From contig NC_087436.1 in assembly GCF_036321535.1 (NCBI RefSeq), positions 119,414,001 through 119,478,000 on the forward strand: a stretch of 64,000 nt of DNA. Direction: 5' to 3'. The position numbers and the translations under genes are program-made. Positions 24,001 to 36,939 of this stretch are shown here, in pieces (position 1 is the first letter of the stretch; the number at the start of each line of letters is the position of its first letter). The DNA is from Camelus dromedarius. Its lineage: Eukaryota. The notes below the pieces were generated by a model. That model searched no databases. It saw nothing but the letters and a program-made list of their open reading frames with translations, and was not told the origin of the DNA.

Positions 24001-24375
24001 CACACACACACAAAACAAACCCCCTCTCTCCCTCCCTGGAAGAGTCCTCATGCTCCCAGTGCTGTCCTGGGGATCACAGATGGCACTGGTGGGGTGGAGG
24101 TTATGATGATAAGGGTGATTATATATACCCATCTTAAATGTAGCCTTTGTTTGAGTTATCTTACTGTTATTTTATATCATAATATATATATTATAACTCT
24201 AGCTTCCGGTCTTGACTTAAAACTCTGGTATGTAGGACTTTTTTTTAGGATCATTCCTTTAAAAGGGGCATCGAAACATTTGGACTGTGTGTCAGAGGAG
24301 TTGCATCTTTGGCTTTTTATATCCATTGTCTTAATTTCCATTTTTGTGTTTTTTCTAGTTTCTCCTTGGACCAAG

Positions 24376-25094
24376 ATGACTGATGGAAACCTTTCCACCT
24401 CTACAAATGGCGTAGCCTTGATGGGCATTCTGGATGGTCGACCAGGAAACCACATTCAGAACCTGCAACACTTGAATCTCAAGGCACCCAGATCCCTCTC
24501 GCTGCCTGAGTATGGGCCCAAGCTGAAACTTGGTGCTTTAGAAGATCGGCACAGCCTTAAGTCGGTGGACTCGGGCATCCCCACCCTAGAGGTTGGCAAC
24601 CCAGAACCCGTGCCCTGCAGCGTGGTCCACGTGAAGAGGAAACAGTCCGAGTCGGAGATCGTCCCCGAGCGAGCCTGCCAGAGCGCATGCCCACTGCCGT
24701 CCTACGCGCCAGCAGCCCCCACCAGCGCCGAGGGGGAGCAGAGCGTGCGGAAGTCCTCCACATTTCCCAGGACGGGCTACGACTCGGTGAAGCTCTACAG
24801 CCCCACCTCCGAAACCCTGAACCGCAGTGACAATGTCTCCGTCTGCAGCGTGTCTAGTCTCGGCACAGAGCTGTCAACCACGCTGTCCATCAGCAACGAG
24901 GACATCTTGGACCTCGTGGTCACGAGCAGCTCCAGTGCCATTGTGACCCTGGAGAATGACGATGACCCACAGTTTACCGATGTCACCCTGAGCTCCATCA
25001 AGGAAACCCGTGACCTGCAGCAGCAGGACTGTGATGAAACTGAGGAGGGAAAGAAGTTGAAAATATTGGGACCATTTAGTAACTTCTTTTCAAG
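24376..25094 (+). CDS. TBC1D14: TBC1 domain family member 14, first coding exon (exon 24359-25094; 239 codons + 2 nt)
   Basis: Translation MTDGNLSTSTNGVALMGILDGRPGN...SVDSGIPTLEVGNPEPVPCS...RKSSTFPRTGYDSVKLYSPTS...KLKILGPFSNFFS matches the recalled mammalian TBC1D14 N-terminus. Acceptor tttttgtgttttttctAG ends at 24358; donor AAG|GTAATG at 25094/25095. Confidence 0.96.
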
Positions 25095-28034
25095 GTAATG
25101 CCATCTTTGTCTCTCTAGAAGAGCCAGGTTATTAACTTCAGATCAGCTGCATTGTTCTTGTCTGAAATGTGTGTTTCCTCCCTGTTGAGCAGACACTGTG
25201 TCATACAGGTAATCATGCCTTTTCCCAGTAGCCCAGAATCCTCTGGAGTTGTGTATAGGACTGGTCTGTCAGTGATTCTGCGGCTTGATTCCTCGCTGCT
25301 AGCTGTCACCTCCGTGTCCTTGACTCACTCCACAGTCTTGTCACTTCCTGGCCTTTGACCTGCTGTGGCTGATGGTGACCTACAAGTGGACAGTGTAACC
25401 AAATCAGCAACGTTTGTGAGGGCCCTTTACATTGATAACCTGAGCTTCTTGGGCCATGAAGAGGGACTGGTGAGGGTGACTGATCAGAGTCATAGCCCCC
25501 ACGTCTTAACTCCAGCCCCTACTGGCATAACCCAGGGCTTGTCCATCAGGGCCCTTCCTGGTTGTGTCCCTTGCACCCCTGCATGGCTGTACTCTTGTGT
25601 TCACGTTCTGCCCCTGGTTCTGCTGCTGGGGTGCTTGCTGCCACTGCACTGCAGCCACACATGTTCCTGCCAGGAGCGTTTCTGTGCTCGACCCAGCTGC
25701 CCCGTGCATGTGCCTGTAGCAGAGCACGTGTTGGACATTGCGGCACTGGGTGTCCCTTTGAGATGGTGTGACATGCTGACTTGAGTCAGCCAGAGACTTC
25801 TGTGGCTGTGGGCACGCGTGTTAACTTAAGGCGGTCTCAGGTATGTCATCGGCTGGAGATGCAGATCATCTTGGATGCGTCTAAGACCAGTCCTGAGAGA
25901 AAAGATCTCCGATGTGGGCTGTGGTTTTGTGGGGCACCTGTCTCTGTGATGTGCCCGTGAACAGGTACTGTGCTCCTCCCGAGGAGAATTCCTGGCCCCA
26001 GAAGCCCATAACTCTGTGATCGCCTTCAGTGGGAGGAACCCAGGGACTGTGGGCGAGACTCACTGTCCACACTGAGTCCACAGCCCTGAAATAGTGCTGT
26101 TGCAGCTCAGGTTTGTGGGGCTGAACTGTTCCCTTTGCTCAGATCAGTGTTTTCCACTTTCCCTGTTTATGAATACCATCTGAGTGCCTGTGAAGTATGT
26201 CTCTTAGAACTCATCCCAGAACTCCAGAATCAGAATCTCAGAGGAAGGGCCTTGGAGACAGGTTTTCAGAATCACCTGGTTCTTGACAAATTTGGGAAAC
26301 CCTGCTTGAAATGCGGATGCCTGGGAAACACATAGAGGAAAGAGCTTAGCTTTGGAATTCAGGAGACCTGCACTCACTACTAGCTGTGTGACCTTGAGCA
26401 AGTTACTTCACCTCTCTGAGCTACTTTTCTCATATCTAAAATAGCATGAGTAAGTGCCCAGCACATGATGCCTATTATGTTGTTGATGTACTATTTATGT
26501 CGTCTTACCTGCATTGTCCTCATTATTTGCCTTATGTCTCAGTTTCTTCCTCTGCAAAATGGGTTCATGATGAGACCCACTCATATGGTGCTCATGGGGA
26601 TGAAGTGTGCTCCCTGGTGTGAAACTTGGTCCAGACCCAGGCAGAGTAGCTCTGAAGTGTCAGTTGCTTGTTGTGACGGCCATGACTTCATCCTGCTTTG
26701 TCTGCTGCCTTTGTCTTACTGTCTGTGTTGGAGCCTCTTTTCCTTTGAAAGGAAATAACGTTAATGACTGCGGATTGTTTCTTGAAAGTCTTTCTTTCTC
26801 AGCTTTGTGCCACAGAAATCAAATATCTCTTCTTTTATTTTTTGATTCTTGTCTCCTTTCCTTTGTTTTGATGGCTGTGACATTATTGTTGTGAGCCATT
26901 ATTTAAGTACCTTTGTGAAGCAGGTAAAATATTAATGACAAATGAATCAAGATTTGTAATATTGTGAGCCAAGTGTAGTGAGTTTTTTGTCCTAGAGTCT
27001 TGAAGAGTTTCCATCTGTAATTCCTTTGAGAGGAAAAGGGTTCTGGGCCAGAAATGTTTGGAACCCACCAACATTTTGCAGGTGAGTGTATCTGCAGGTG
27101 AGTTACAGACGGGGCTTGGCACACAGCAGGTGCTCAGAGGACGGCGTGAGTTTTTGTTGAGGGCAGGGCTGGGGCTTGAGCTGGTCCTTTGCAGTTCCCA
27201 GCCTGGGCTTCTGCGTCATCCTCTCCACTTTATCCCCTGGGCCCCACATCTCCCTCGATGCTCATGCAGTCTGTTCTCCTTGTCCGGAGTGCACTTCTAG
27301 GTTGTAGAAAGCAGTGAGGGCAGTGTTTTGGAAGCTGGTCTAGAAGAATGGGGCTCAGAGGAAGTGGTCAGGGACCTTGCAGCCTGAGGGAGCAGGCCTG
27401 TTGCTGACCCTGACTGCTTGATAAGGGTGGCCTGGGTGAGTCAGGAACAGAGGAGCCCACACTCCTCCCCCTGCACCCCGCCCCTGAAGCCCAAGCCCAG
27501 CTCCTGTTTGTGCCTTTGTTCTTTTCTTTACACGGACTGCAATAAGCACAATAAGCACCTCTGTTGCACACTCTCCTCTGAGGTTAGAGATAGTCCCTGC
27601 CCTTAAGGAGCTCACTGCCAGTGGGGGAGACAGATGAGCACTGCGGGGGTGGGGGCTCATGAGTGTCGTCATTCGTGTGTGTGTGCGCGCACTTGTGCAT
27701 GCGTGCATGTCAGAGATACAGAAGTCAGGAGTGCTGGTTCAGGAGTCAGGCTGGCAGGGTTCAGAGTGAGCTGCCCTATTTAGTAGCTGTGTGGCCTTGG
27801 GCAAGTTACTTCACCTCTCTGAGCCTTAAATGGTGCATAAAAGTACTGTGTAAGGTTCAAGATCAAATAGGTAAAGTATTGACCATCTAGTACACTTTCT
27901 GGCATGGAAGGTAGTAGCTGTTAATGATTCTAACACAAATATTATCACTTCTAAAAACTATGTTTTCTAAAGCTTTCTCTAGTTCTTAACCCCATATTGT
28001 GCTTTACTTCAACTGATCCATTATTGGAAAAGAT

Positions 28035-28279
28035 CAGGGTTTCTCCACTTTGGCTCTGTTGACATTTGGGGAAGAATGAACCTTTGTGGTGAAGCCGTCC
28101 TGTGCACTGAAATGAAGGCTGTTTAGCAGCATCCCTGGCCTCTACCCACTAGATGCCAGCAGCAGTCCCCAGTTGTGACAGCCTAAAACATCCTCAGACG
28201 CCGTCAAATGTCCCTGGAGGAGTGGGGTAGGGTGAGGTAGGAGACTTGGGCAGAATCACCCAGTTGTTGAGAACCTCTG
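28035..28279 (+). mobile_element. MER20 (hAT-Charlie) DNA transposon relic
   Basis: cagggtttctccactttggctctgttgacatttgggg...gtttagcagcatccctggcctctacccactagatgccag...ttgagaacctctg. Confidence 0.88.
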
Positions 28280-28345
28280 AGCTAGCAGGTTGTAAATGCT
28301 GGTATTTAGTTGTTTCTTTGAAGGAAGTTTACTAATGTAATATAT

Positions 28346-28459
28346 ATATATATATAAATTAAATTATAGTTGATTTACAATATTATATTAGCTTCAATGA
28401 TTTGATGTTTTATAGATTACGTTCCATTTAAAGTTACTATAAAATACTGGTTATGTTCC
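28346..28459 (-). mobile_element. Very short L1 3' end with a (TA)n tail and TSD
   Basis: tatagttgatttacaatattatattag...tagattacgttccatttaaagttactataaaatactgg. ACTAATGTAA(T/C)ATAT at 28331-28345 and 28460-28474. Confidence 0.8.
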
Positions 28460-29399
28460 ACTAATGTAACATATTTTGAGCAGAATCCTCATCTCATATA
28501 GAAGAGAGGGACTGTTCTAAGGGATTCTCTGAGCCTAGTGCAATGAAACAGTCTTCATCTAGAAAGCAGATATGAGAGGAATTCAGTGACACGCCAGTTT
28601 TCCGCAGGAGACAGGGCTTCAGAAGCCCAGGCTTTAAGGCTTCTAACCTGCTTTGGTCTGGAAGGTGGTAATTAGCTTTGACCACATAGATCTTCTGCGT
28701 GGCCCTCTAGTAAGTTCTCAGAAGAGCTGATCTGAGTATCCTTTGCTGAGAAGAGTGCTTGAACTGCCCTTGCAGGGTGAGAAGGAGCTCGCCAAGTGAA
28801 GGCATAGGGCAGAGGAAACAGCTCGTGGGAGGCTGTGTTTAAAGACCTGTAATGATGCGTTTTTCCGATCTGCTTCCTGACCTGGCTGAGAGCCCCCCGA
28901 GGGCACAGCGTGTGTCTGGTTCGCCCTGGCACTGAGTTGTAATTCACAGAGAGACACCGAGGAGTCGGTGGTTGAGAGCCAGAGCTACCCAGACTCAGGT
29001 TTGAACCTCAGCTCTGCTGTTTTTGACCTGTGTGACCTCAGGAAACTTCCTGAACCTCTGTGCTCCCGAGTGTATACTGGGTGACGGGGTTAACTATACT
29101 CTCATAGTTGATGTGCGGGTTAAACGTGAAGCTCTGGGCGGAGTGCATGCCCAGTGTGAGCAGGCCAGACTCGTGGCCTTACTGTCTGTTTTTGTTGGGG
29201 TTTCACATAAGAGTTCATTTTTTTAAAAGGGTTTGCCATGTAAAAAAAACTTGAAACCACTGGCTTAAGAAAAAGAAATCTGTAAATGGGCACTTTGACT
29301 TGGTGTCAAAGTGCTCAACCAGAATTTTAGTTCCTAGACCGATCTAGGCTTTGGGGATTTGATCATTTGGAAGGCGGCATGAGCAGTGCTAGGGAACGC

Positions 29400-30140
29400 A
29401 CTTGCCCCTTGCTTTCTTTTTAGGGAGGTGTGTTGGCTTACCACCAGGGCAGCTGCATCTCAGAGACGCGCGGCAGCCGGAGCCCCTGGCACAGGGAGGG
29501 ACAGGCGAAGTCTGGTGCTCGCCGGTGCCACTCGGCACTTTTACGTGGTCACCTTGTGTAATCTTCAGCAACCACAGGAGAGAGTGTGGTGTGTTAGATT
29601 CTGCGGGCTGGCTTGTTCATCCTTCTAGGGCACTTTCCTGTGCTGTGGAAGCTGGAGGGTTAAAATGGGCATTTCCCAGAGTTGCTGGCAGCTCAGGTTC
29701 TGGGCAGGAATTGGGTCCCCTTTATGAGCGGTCTGAGGTGGGGAACCCCCTCCGTCCCCCCGTTTTGACTGTTTCCTGCTGTTTAGTGATGTCATGGAGA
29801 TGTGAGGCTTTCCTGCGGCATCGTCCCTGGGTTCATTCCCTGAATGTTTAGAGGCAGCTGCGGTGGAGGCGGTCCAGTGTGGGGGGGCTGTCGCGGTGGC
29901 TCCCTGACCCTACTGCTTTCATTCTCCGGGTCCTTAGTTCCAGTGGCAGCTCAGATGTGTTAGCTCCCCTGGTGCGTCAGTTCTGTGTGGTTCTGGGAGC
30001 CATTCCTGGGGGCCCAGTTTAGAGCCGACTCCTTCAGCCCTTATAGCAGTTTTGAAGTCATCTAATTCCTTGAGTTAAATTCCTTTCTGCTTAAAATTCC
30101 TAAAGTGGTTTCTGTATTCTGCACTGAAAACTGATGGATT
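29400..30140 (+). mobile_element. Ancient LTR relic (LTR78/MaLR-like; family and 5' boundary uncertain)
   Basis: The 3' end ctaattccttgagttaaattcctttctgcttaaaattcctaaagtggtttctgtattctgcactgaaaactga resembles old eutherian LTR termini. Confidence 0.5.
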
Positions 30141-30534
30141 CAGGTAAGTACTGTAAATAATTCTCTCTTATAGGTGAGGAAACTGAGGCAAGGGGTGGTT
30201 ATGTAGCTTGCAAGGAATACAAAGATGATACAGGGTTTGGGTCTCTCAACTTAGATTTCTTTCCTGGAAAAAAGAAATAAGTTCGCACTTCAAAGGGCTG
30301 TTGGGATTAAATGAGGAGGAAATGTACATGGATGTGAAGCACCCAGCACGTGGCTGGTGTATTAATGTCTAGTTTATCTGTTTATTTTTTGCCTGACTCT
30401 AGTTTCTACTGCTTTGACCATTTTAGAATTAGCATCAGTGAACTGAGGTGTAACAGTGTAACTCTGACTTTTCTATAAAATCTACTTGACAGCATTCCTG
30501 TTGACTTTGACCTGCCGTTTATCTGAGCTGCTGG

Positions 30535-30557
30535 GGTGTGTGTGTGTGTGTGTGTGT
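30535..30557 (+). repeat. (TG)n microsatellite
   Basis: Read directly. Confidence 0.95.
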
Positions 30558-32619
30558 ACGCACACGCACCTCTGTGACATCTGGAAGGAGCACTGGCCGG
30601 TGTTCTCTTGACCTACCTGTTTGCTGGCAGGTGGTCTTGGGTTTAGTGTTCTTGTTTACAAAATGAGCTGAGGGTATCCACCTTACAGAGTTGTGAGGGT
30701 GAAAGGACAGATCTGAGCAAGGTGTTGAGCTCCAAGTGCTGGGCAAGAAGACGTGAAGACGGGCAGACACAGCTGGAGGCTGCTGTGTGCACCTGTGCAC
30801 TTGGAGGTTCCGTGAGGGTTAGGAGAGGGAGAGGCTTGGGCACAGCAGCAGGCCCCCTGGGGAGCCCAGCAGGAAGTACAGGGGCTGAGGCGCCAGCAGG
30901 CCTTTCAGAGTGTCTTCCGTGTGCACAAGAGTGAGACAGTGTCTCTTTGGCAGAGGGATTGGCATGTGCAGAGTCGTGGGATTGGGGAAAAGTTCAGCAT
31001 TTCTGGGAAAGCGCCACAGCAGGAGGTGGCCAGGATGGAAAGCAGAGGTCAGAAAGGTGATGGAGAGGTGGGTGGGCGCTCAGACCGGGCGGGACTTTTA
31101 GGACCATGTTTAGACCCAAGACTCAAAGTATATAAGAGCCAGACAGGGTAAGATAAAGGTTTGCCCAGGAGCTGGTGAACTTCCTTGATGGGAGAGGGTT
31201 AAACCTGGCTAGTTGGGGGAGCCCTGAGCTGCCTCTGAGCTGCTCCCCTTGGGGGAGGGCATAGCTCCCCTGTTCTGAGCACACGTCTGGGCCAAGCACT
31301 TCACACATGCTCTTGAGCGGGTCACAGCTCTTCAGGTAGGAACTGTTTCCCCTGGAGGTGGGCTCAGAGAGGCTAACTGCATCCACTCCAAGTGGCAGAG
31401 CTGTGATTTGAACTTCCGCTTGTCCAACTCCAAAGTCCATGCTATTTCTACAAAAGACACCACCCTGCCCTTTGTCACGTGTATTCTGTGACCAGCAAGA
31501 GGGGGAGCTCTGGGCAGGAAGAGCAGGAGGAGAGGAGCTGAAAGCAGGTGCAGTGGAGATTCTGCCAGTCAGCGTTCCCAGAGCTCACAGCTGCTCTGCA
31601 GAAGGGTGGGCAGGGAAGGATGGGTGGAAGTCGAGCAGAGACTCCAACCCCAGGGAGGCGGGGCTGTGGGTCTTCAGTTTCCAGAGCTTGGGAGCTCCGC
31701 AGGGGCAAGAGGACGTTGTGAGCAAGCAGGTGGAGAATGCCTTTTCCTCCCCAGGAGGTAGAGTTATCCAAGCATTCTGGAGTGTGGGAGTGGGGCTGGG
31801 GCAGCTCCGAGTCCTGAGGCTTGCTGGCTCCAGGGCAGGGTAGAGGTGGCAAGGGAAGGCTGCAGCAGAGTCAAGGACAGGTGCTGCCTAGGTCTTGAGC
31901 ATGAGAGAAGCACAAAAGATTTTAGCAGCCAAGCCACCTAGTTAGGGTAGTTCCTGTTAATACTAATGGAAGATCTGGGAGGTGTCTCCATTATTCAGAG
32001 AATGGCCTTTCTGTTTTATTTCACTGTTTTCGTAGGCACGTAATTACCCTGGGTCTTTTGACCCTGCTTTGAAACCCCAACCCCAAGGTTTTCAGGTCCT
32101 CCGTTGTGAATTCTTATACCAGATGGATTTTCAGCAGCTCAACCCCCTTGATTACAGAGTGACTGCACTTCCTTTCCAACCACTGATTTATGCAGCTAAG
32201 CTCTCACCAACCATTGTTTTGGCACCTGAGAGGTCGTCGGTGACTTGACTAGACATGTTTCTCTTACTCCAGGTGAGCTTCATTTTGAGGTTGTCCTTCA
32301 CGTTTGGAGAGGATGCAGCAGAGAGTGTCCCTCTGCAGACATGGCTGATGGAGCCTCAGGGGGCCAGCTGCCTGTGTGCTGGACTCATGGGGGAGGTTGG
32401 TGGTCACTGCGCGCACTGTCTGGAGAGCCCTTCGGTCGGCGGCACAGCTGTGCTCAGAAAGAACAGCTGGGTTTGTTAAGGGTGTTGCTTCCCTGTGCTT
32501 TGCTAGGCTTTGTTTTCTTTTGGCAGCGAATTACAGCCATAATTATTTATTGAGGGCCTGCAGTGTACCAGGCATTGTGCTGGGTCTTTATTTATGTTTC
32601 TCATCACGCGGTCTTCCCG

Positions 32620-33600
32620 GAACTGCTTACGGAGCATATGCCAAGGCACTGTTCCAGGTGCTTGGGATTCATTTGTGGACAAAACAAAGACCCTTGTCCT
32701 CAGAGAGCTTATATTCTAGTGGAAGGAGGCAGATGATAACCACAGTTAATAAATAAATGAAGCCTATATGTTGGCAACGGTAAATGCTAAGAAAAAAATG
32801 AGAAAGTTGAAGCAGTAGGAGGGACAGGGGTGCTGGAGAAGGCAGGTTACGGAAAAGGCTGGTCAGGGGAGCCACCAGAGCAGTGCCCATCAGGTGAATG
32901 AGGAGGGGAGAGCTAAGCAAAGACTCAAAGGGAGTAAGGAAGTTCATGAAGCAGATACCTGGGAGAGGAGCGGCTCAGGCTGGGGAAGGGCACAGGCAGG
33001 CCCAGTGCATTTGAGGGACAGTGGAGAGGCCCTTGCGATGGTCGGGGTGAGCCAGGGGGAGCGGGAGAGGTGAGGTCATGGAACCAGGTCCTCTGTGGGC
33101 CTGCAGCTGCTGTGGGTGATGATGGAGGGGTCTGGACCTGGGGACTTGGGTCTGAGCAGGAGATAGAAGTTAGGAGTTGTTGGTGTCGTAAGTGGTTTGG
33201 AACCAGATGAGGTGGACAGAGAGGAGGGCCGAGGAGTGAGTGCTGAGAGGTCTGGGGAGAGGAGGAACGTCACAGAGACCGGGAGGTGGGGCTGGAGAGG
33301 TGGGGGAAACGGAGTGCCGTGTCCCCGAAGGAATCCCGGTGAAGACGAGGTGTCAGGGAGAGGGGTGTGAGCAGCTGGGCCGAGGGTACTGATGGGTCAG
33401 GGAGGATGAGGACTGACAGGTGACTTTCGAAAAAGGACCTTGGCCAGGCACGGTGCAGGTGGAAGCATGACTGGAGTGGGTTTAAGGGGGCAGGAGGAGA
33501 CAAGCTGGAAACAGGAGCTCAGACAGCTCTCTTGGTGGATTAGCTGCACAGGGGAGCGAGCAAAGGGGTGAGAGCTGGAGGGAGAAGTGGTGTGAGGTTT
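32620..33600 (-). mobile_element. L2 fragment
   Basis: tatgccaaggcactgttccaggtgcttggg...aaacaaagacccttgtcctcagagagcttatattctagtgg, followed by purine-rich L2 body. Confidence 0.75.
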
Positions 33601-33984
33601 CTTTCTCTTTTTAAGATTGGAGAAGTCTTTCTGTTTTTGTTACTGTTTTTGTTTACTGTTAAGAACACCCTAGTAAAAGAGCATAAGTTGAACACGCCAG
33701 AGAGAGGAGAAACCTGGGCATTGTCCTCGAGCCGCCTCCTTGGGGGCGGGGCCTCGGGCTCAGGTGGAGAAGTTGGCTTCAGCTGGGTGGGATCCTTAGA
33801 TGGACAGGAGGCAGAGCGGGTGTGTGGGCACAGATGCTGGAGGCTCTGTGTGGCCGTAGACGTCTGGAAGTCCTCTCTCTCTGTCAGTGCATGTGGACTA
33901 CTGTATTGTTTTTAGTGCTGCATCATTTTATTCATGTGAATATAGATTTTTACCAACATATTTATTTACCTTTTAAAAGACAGA

Positions 33985-34800
33985 CTTTATTTTTTAGAAC
34001 AGTTTTAGGTTCACTGTAAAATTAAGCAGAGATCCCTATACCGCCTGCCCACATGCATGCACAGCCTCCCTGCCATCAACATCCCCCACCAGAGTGGTAC
34101 CTTGTTACAGTCAACAAACCTGATTGACACGTCATTGTCACCAAAGTCCATGGTTTACAGGAGGGGTCACTCTTGGTGTTGCGGGGTATGTGGGTTTGGA
34201 CAAATGTATAATGACATGTGTCCACCATTATAGTATCACACAGAGCAGTTTCACTGCCCTCAAATCCCCCGTGCTCCACCGCTTCGTCCCTCCCTCTCCA
34301 CGAACCCCTGGTGCCTGCTGATCTTCCTAATGGCTCCATAGTTTGTCTTTTCCAGAACGTCACAGAGTTGGAATCATGCAGTATTGTCGCTTTTTCAGAT
34401 TGGCTTCTGTCGCTGAGTAATACGTATTTGCGGTCCCTCTGTGACTCTCGACGCCTTGCTGGCTCATCTCATTTTAGTGCTGAGTGACGTTCCCTGTCCG
34501 GATGGACCACAGTTTATTTATCCATCGCCTACTGAAGGACATCTTGGTTGCTTCCAAGCTTAGCAATTATGAATGAAGCTGCTGTAAACATGTATGTGCA
34601 GTTTTTTTGTGTGGATATGAGTTTTCAGCTCCTTTGGGTAAATACCAGGGAGCCTGATTGCTGAGCTGAGTGGTAAATGTATGTTTTGTTTGTAAGAAAC
34701 GTCCATACTGCCTTCCAGAGTGTCCATACCATTCTGCATTCCCACCAGCAGCGAGTGAGAGTTCTCCTGCTCCACGTCCTCACCAGCATTTGGTGTTGTC
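33985..34800 (-). mobile_element. L1MC-like 3' end
   Basis: tttagaacagttttaggttcac...atcaacatcccccaccagagtggtac...; minus-strand remnant peptides ENSHSLLVGMQNG and LPGIYPKELKT (degraded ORF2 C-terminus). Confidence 0.85.
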
Positions 34801-36649
34801 CATGGAGAGTCTCTTTCTGTTGCTTCATTTTCTTGGTGAATTAGGAAGCAAGGTCCTCAGCTGCTGGTGACAGTGGGGATGGAGCGCTGGGGTTTGAGGC
34901 ACAAGAAAGAGATGAAAGGTGTGGATGCCGTGGAGGCGGTGGGAGGGGAAAGGGCTGGGGAGCAGCAGGCAGTGCCTCTGCCTCTGCCTCTTCTGCAGTG
35001 TGTTCCCTGCGGAGTTGTAGTTTTGCTGAGTGAGTCCAGTGAAATGAGAGGCAGGCAGGGGGGTTGAGAGTACGTGTAAGAGTGTGACCTGGCCTTCAAG
35101 CTGAGTGAGGGGTAGGGGATATCCGGAGGGTGTGGGACAGTGAAACAGGAGGATCAGCAGAGACCCCGGTTGATTGGGAAACCAGAGGAGCCAGTTGGAA
35201 AGACAGAAGGCTTGCATTTGGTGGAGGTGTCCTCATTGTGCAGACAGGTAGGCTTATGGTCCCATGGCTAGTTGTCAGTGGGGCTTGGAGGGGGTCGGCC
35301 CCCCTCCACCCCAAGCCCAGCCTGTCTGATGGTAAAGCTCTACTCTGGGCAGTCGCGTCGTGCACCCTGACTCGTTCCTGCAGATGCTTAACCACTGTCT
35401 GGGGGCTGGTGCAGCCTCCACGTGGGAGCAGCCTTGGGGGCCTTCTTTGTGCCCCAGGAGCCCTTGTTCACACAGAGGGGTGGCTCCCAGAGCTCGTGTG
35501 TGTCATTGTAGCTGCCCAGTGCTGGGGGTTCGGCTACCCTTCTTCTGGTGGGCCCCATCTCCTGCTTGTTCGAGGTCTGAGAGTGCCCCCACTGCAGCTG
35601 CAGTTCCCAGAATGTCTGTCGGGGCTGGAGCCCACCTGAGGGCAGCGTGGGGTCTGCACAAGTAAAGGCCCAGGTGTGCAGTGACTTACCAGTGGCTCTC
35701 ATTTCCTGGGCGGGTATGTGCTCAGCGGGAGCCGTGTGTGGGAAGGGGCTGCAGAAACCTAACCGAAGGCCCCCAGGCATCAGATGGTGACGTCTTCCTC
35801 AGCAGCAGGAAATTGCCCTGGCTCTGCCACTCACTCCCTGCACCTTACAGGTGCTGTGTTCCCATATGTCAAACAGAGAGTTGGGCCAGGTGGTCGTAAT
35901 GCGATCTGGAATCATTGTCTCATCTGCTTGCAGCGCCTGCTTTCCTCCCACAGGCCTGGTGACCCCTCCTGGAGGAGGTTCCGTTTCTGCCCCTCCCTAC
36001 TGCGTGCGATTTAAAGGAGAAGAATCTCAGGAGTGGGGGCTCCCTTTGCTGTCGTTCCACGGCTCCTAGCTCTTGTGGTTGCCATGGCAGCTGCCACTGT
36101 GCAGTGTCATCCCATGGGCGCCCCCAGCCTGGGTGCCCCTTGAGGGACTGTGTCTCATTGCATGCTGGCACCTAGTTAGAACTCAGTAGGTGCTTGTCAA
36201 ATAGTTGAATTCAGATGCCACTCATTTCCTCAGTGAATACCTACCTGGGACCCTCTGCTCCCTTTCTTCCAAATAAACTACCGTGTGGCGCTTATAGTCC
36301 ACTGCTGCCACACGACTCCAGGAGATGGTCCATGTCAGGCTCTAAGTGCTGGGGAGAAATCAGAAGCAGGGTGCTGGGAGAGGGATGAGGGCTGGCAGAG
36401 GATTGGGGTGGGGGGTTCCATTTTAAATAGAATGGTTGGGAAGGGCCTCACTGAGCAGGTGACATTTGAGCAGAGATCCGAGCAAGATGAGGAAGAAGAA
36501 TGTTCTGGCAGAAGGACAATGTTAAATACAAAGGTTCTGAGGCTGGTGAGGACTTGCCTTGTTTTTCAAATGTCTGTGTCTTGTGACCTCCACTGACCTA
36601 TACCCATCTTCTCGAGAAACAGACCAGTGGGCTCCACATCTCTGGTCCC

Positions 36650-36780
36650 ACGGCAGTTCCTCAGCCACACTAGCCATGTTCCAGAGCTCAGTAGCCACTC
36701 GTGGCCAGTGCCTGCCACATGGGACAGCTTGGATTTATCCATTCCCATCATGGTGGAACGTTCTGTTGTCCAGCCCAGGG
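36650..36780 (-). mobile_element. MER3-like hAT-Charlie relic
   Basis: cagttcctcagccacactagccatgttccagagctcagtagccactcgtggccagtg...cattcccatcatggtggaacgttctgttgtccagc. Confidence 0.7.
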
Positions 36781-36939
36781 CTGGTAGAGATGGTCCAGAT
36801 GACAGTCTGTAACTTTAATTTTAGCCTTTATTCTCATGTCTGAAAGCAGCACATGGTGGTTGTGAAATAATCGAATCAGTAATGAGGTGAATGAAGCCAG
36901 GGGGAGCCTGCAGAAAGAGCCTGCGGGACCCCTTGGGGA

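Noticed and set aside
24094..24375. 94-codon N-terminal extension of the 334-aa ORF
   Set aside because: Begins at a GTG and runs through the intronic pyrimidine tract and acceptor at 24358; homology begins at ATG 24376.
24952..24984. LIR-like ENDDDPQFTDV
   Set aside because: FxxV cores are common and the residue before F does not fit the extended LIR pattern; no further support.
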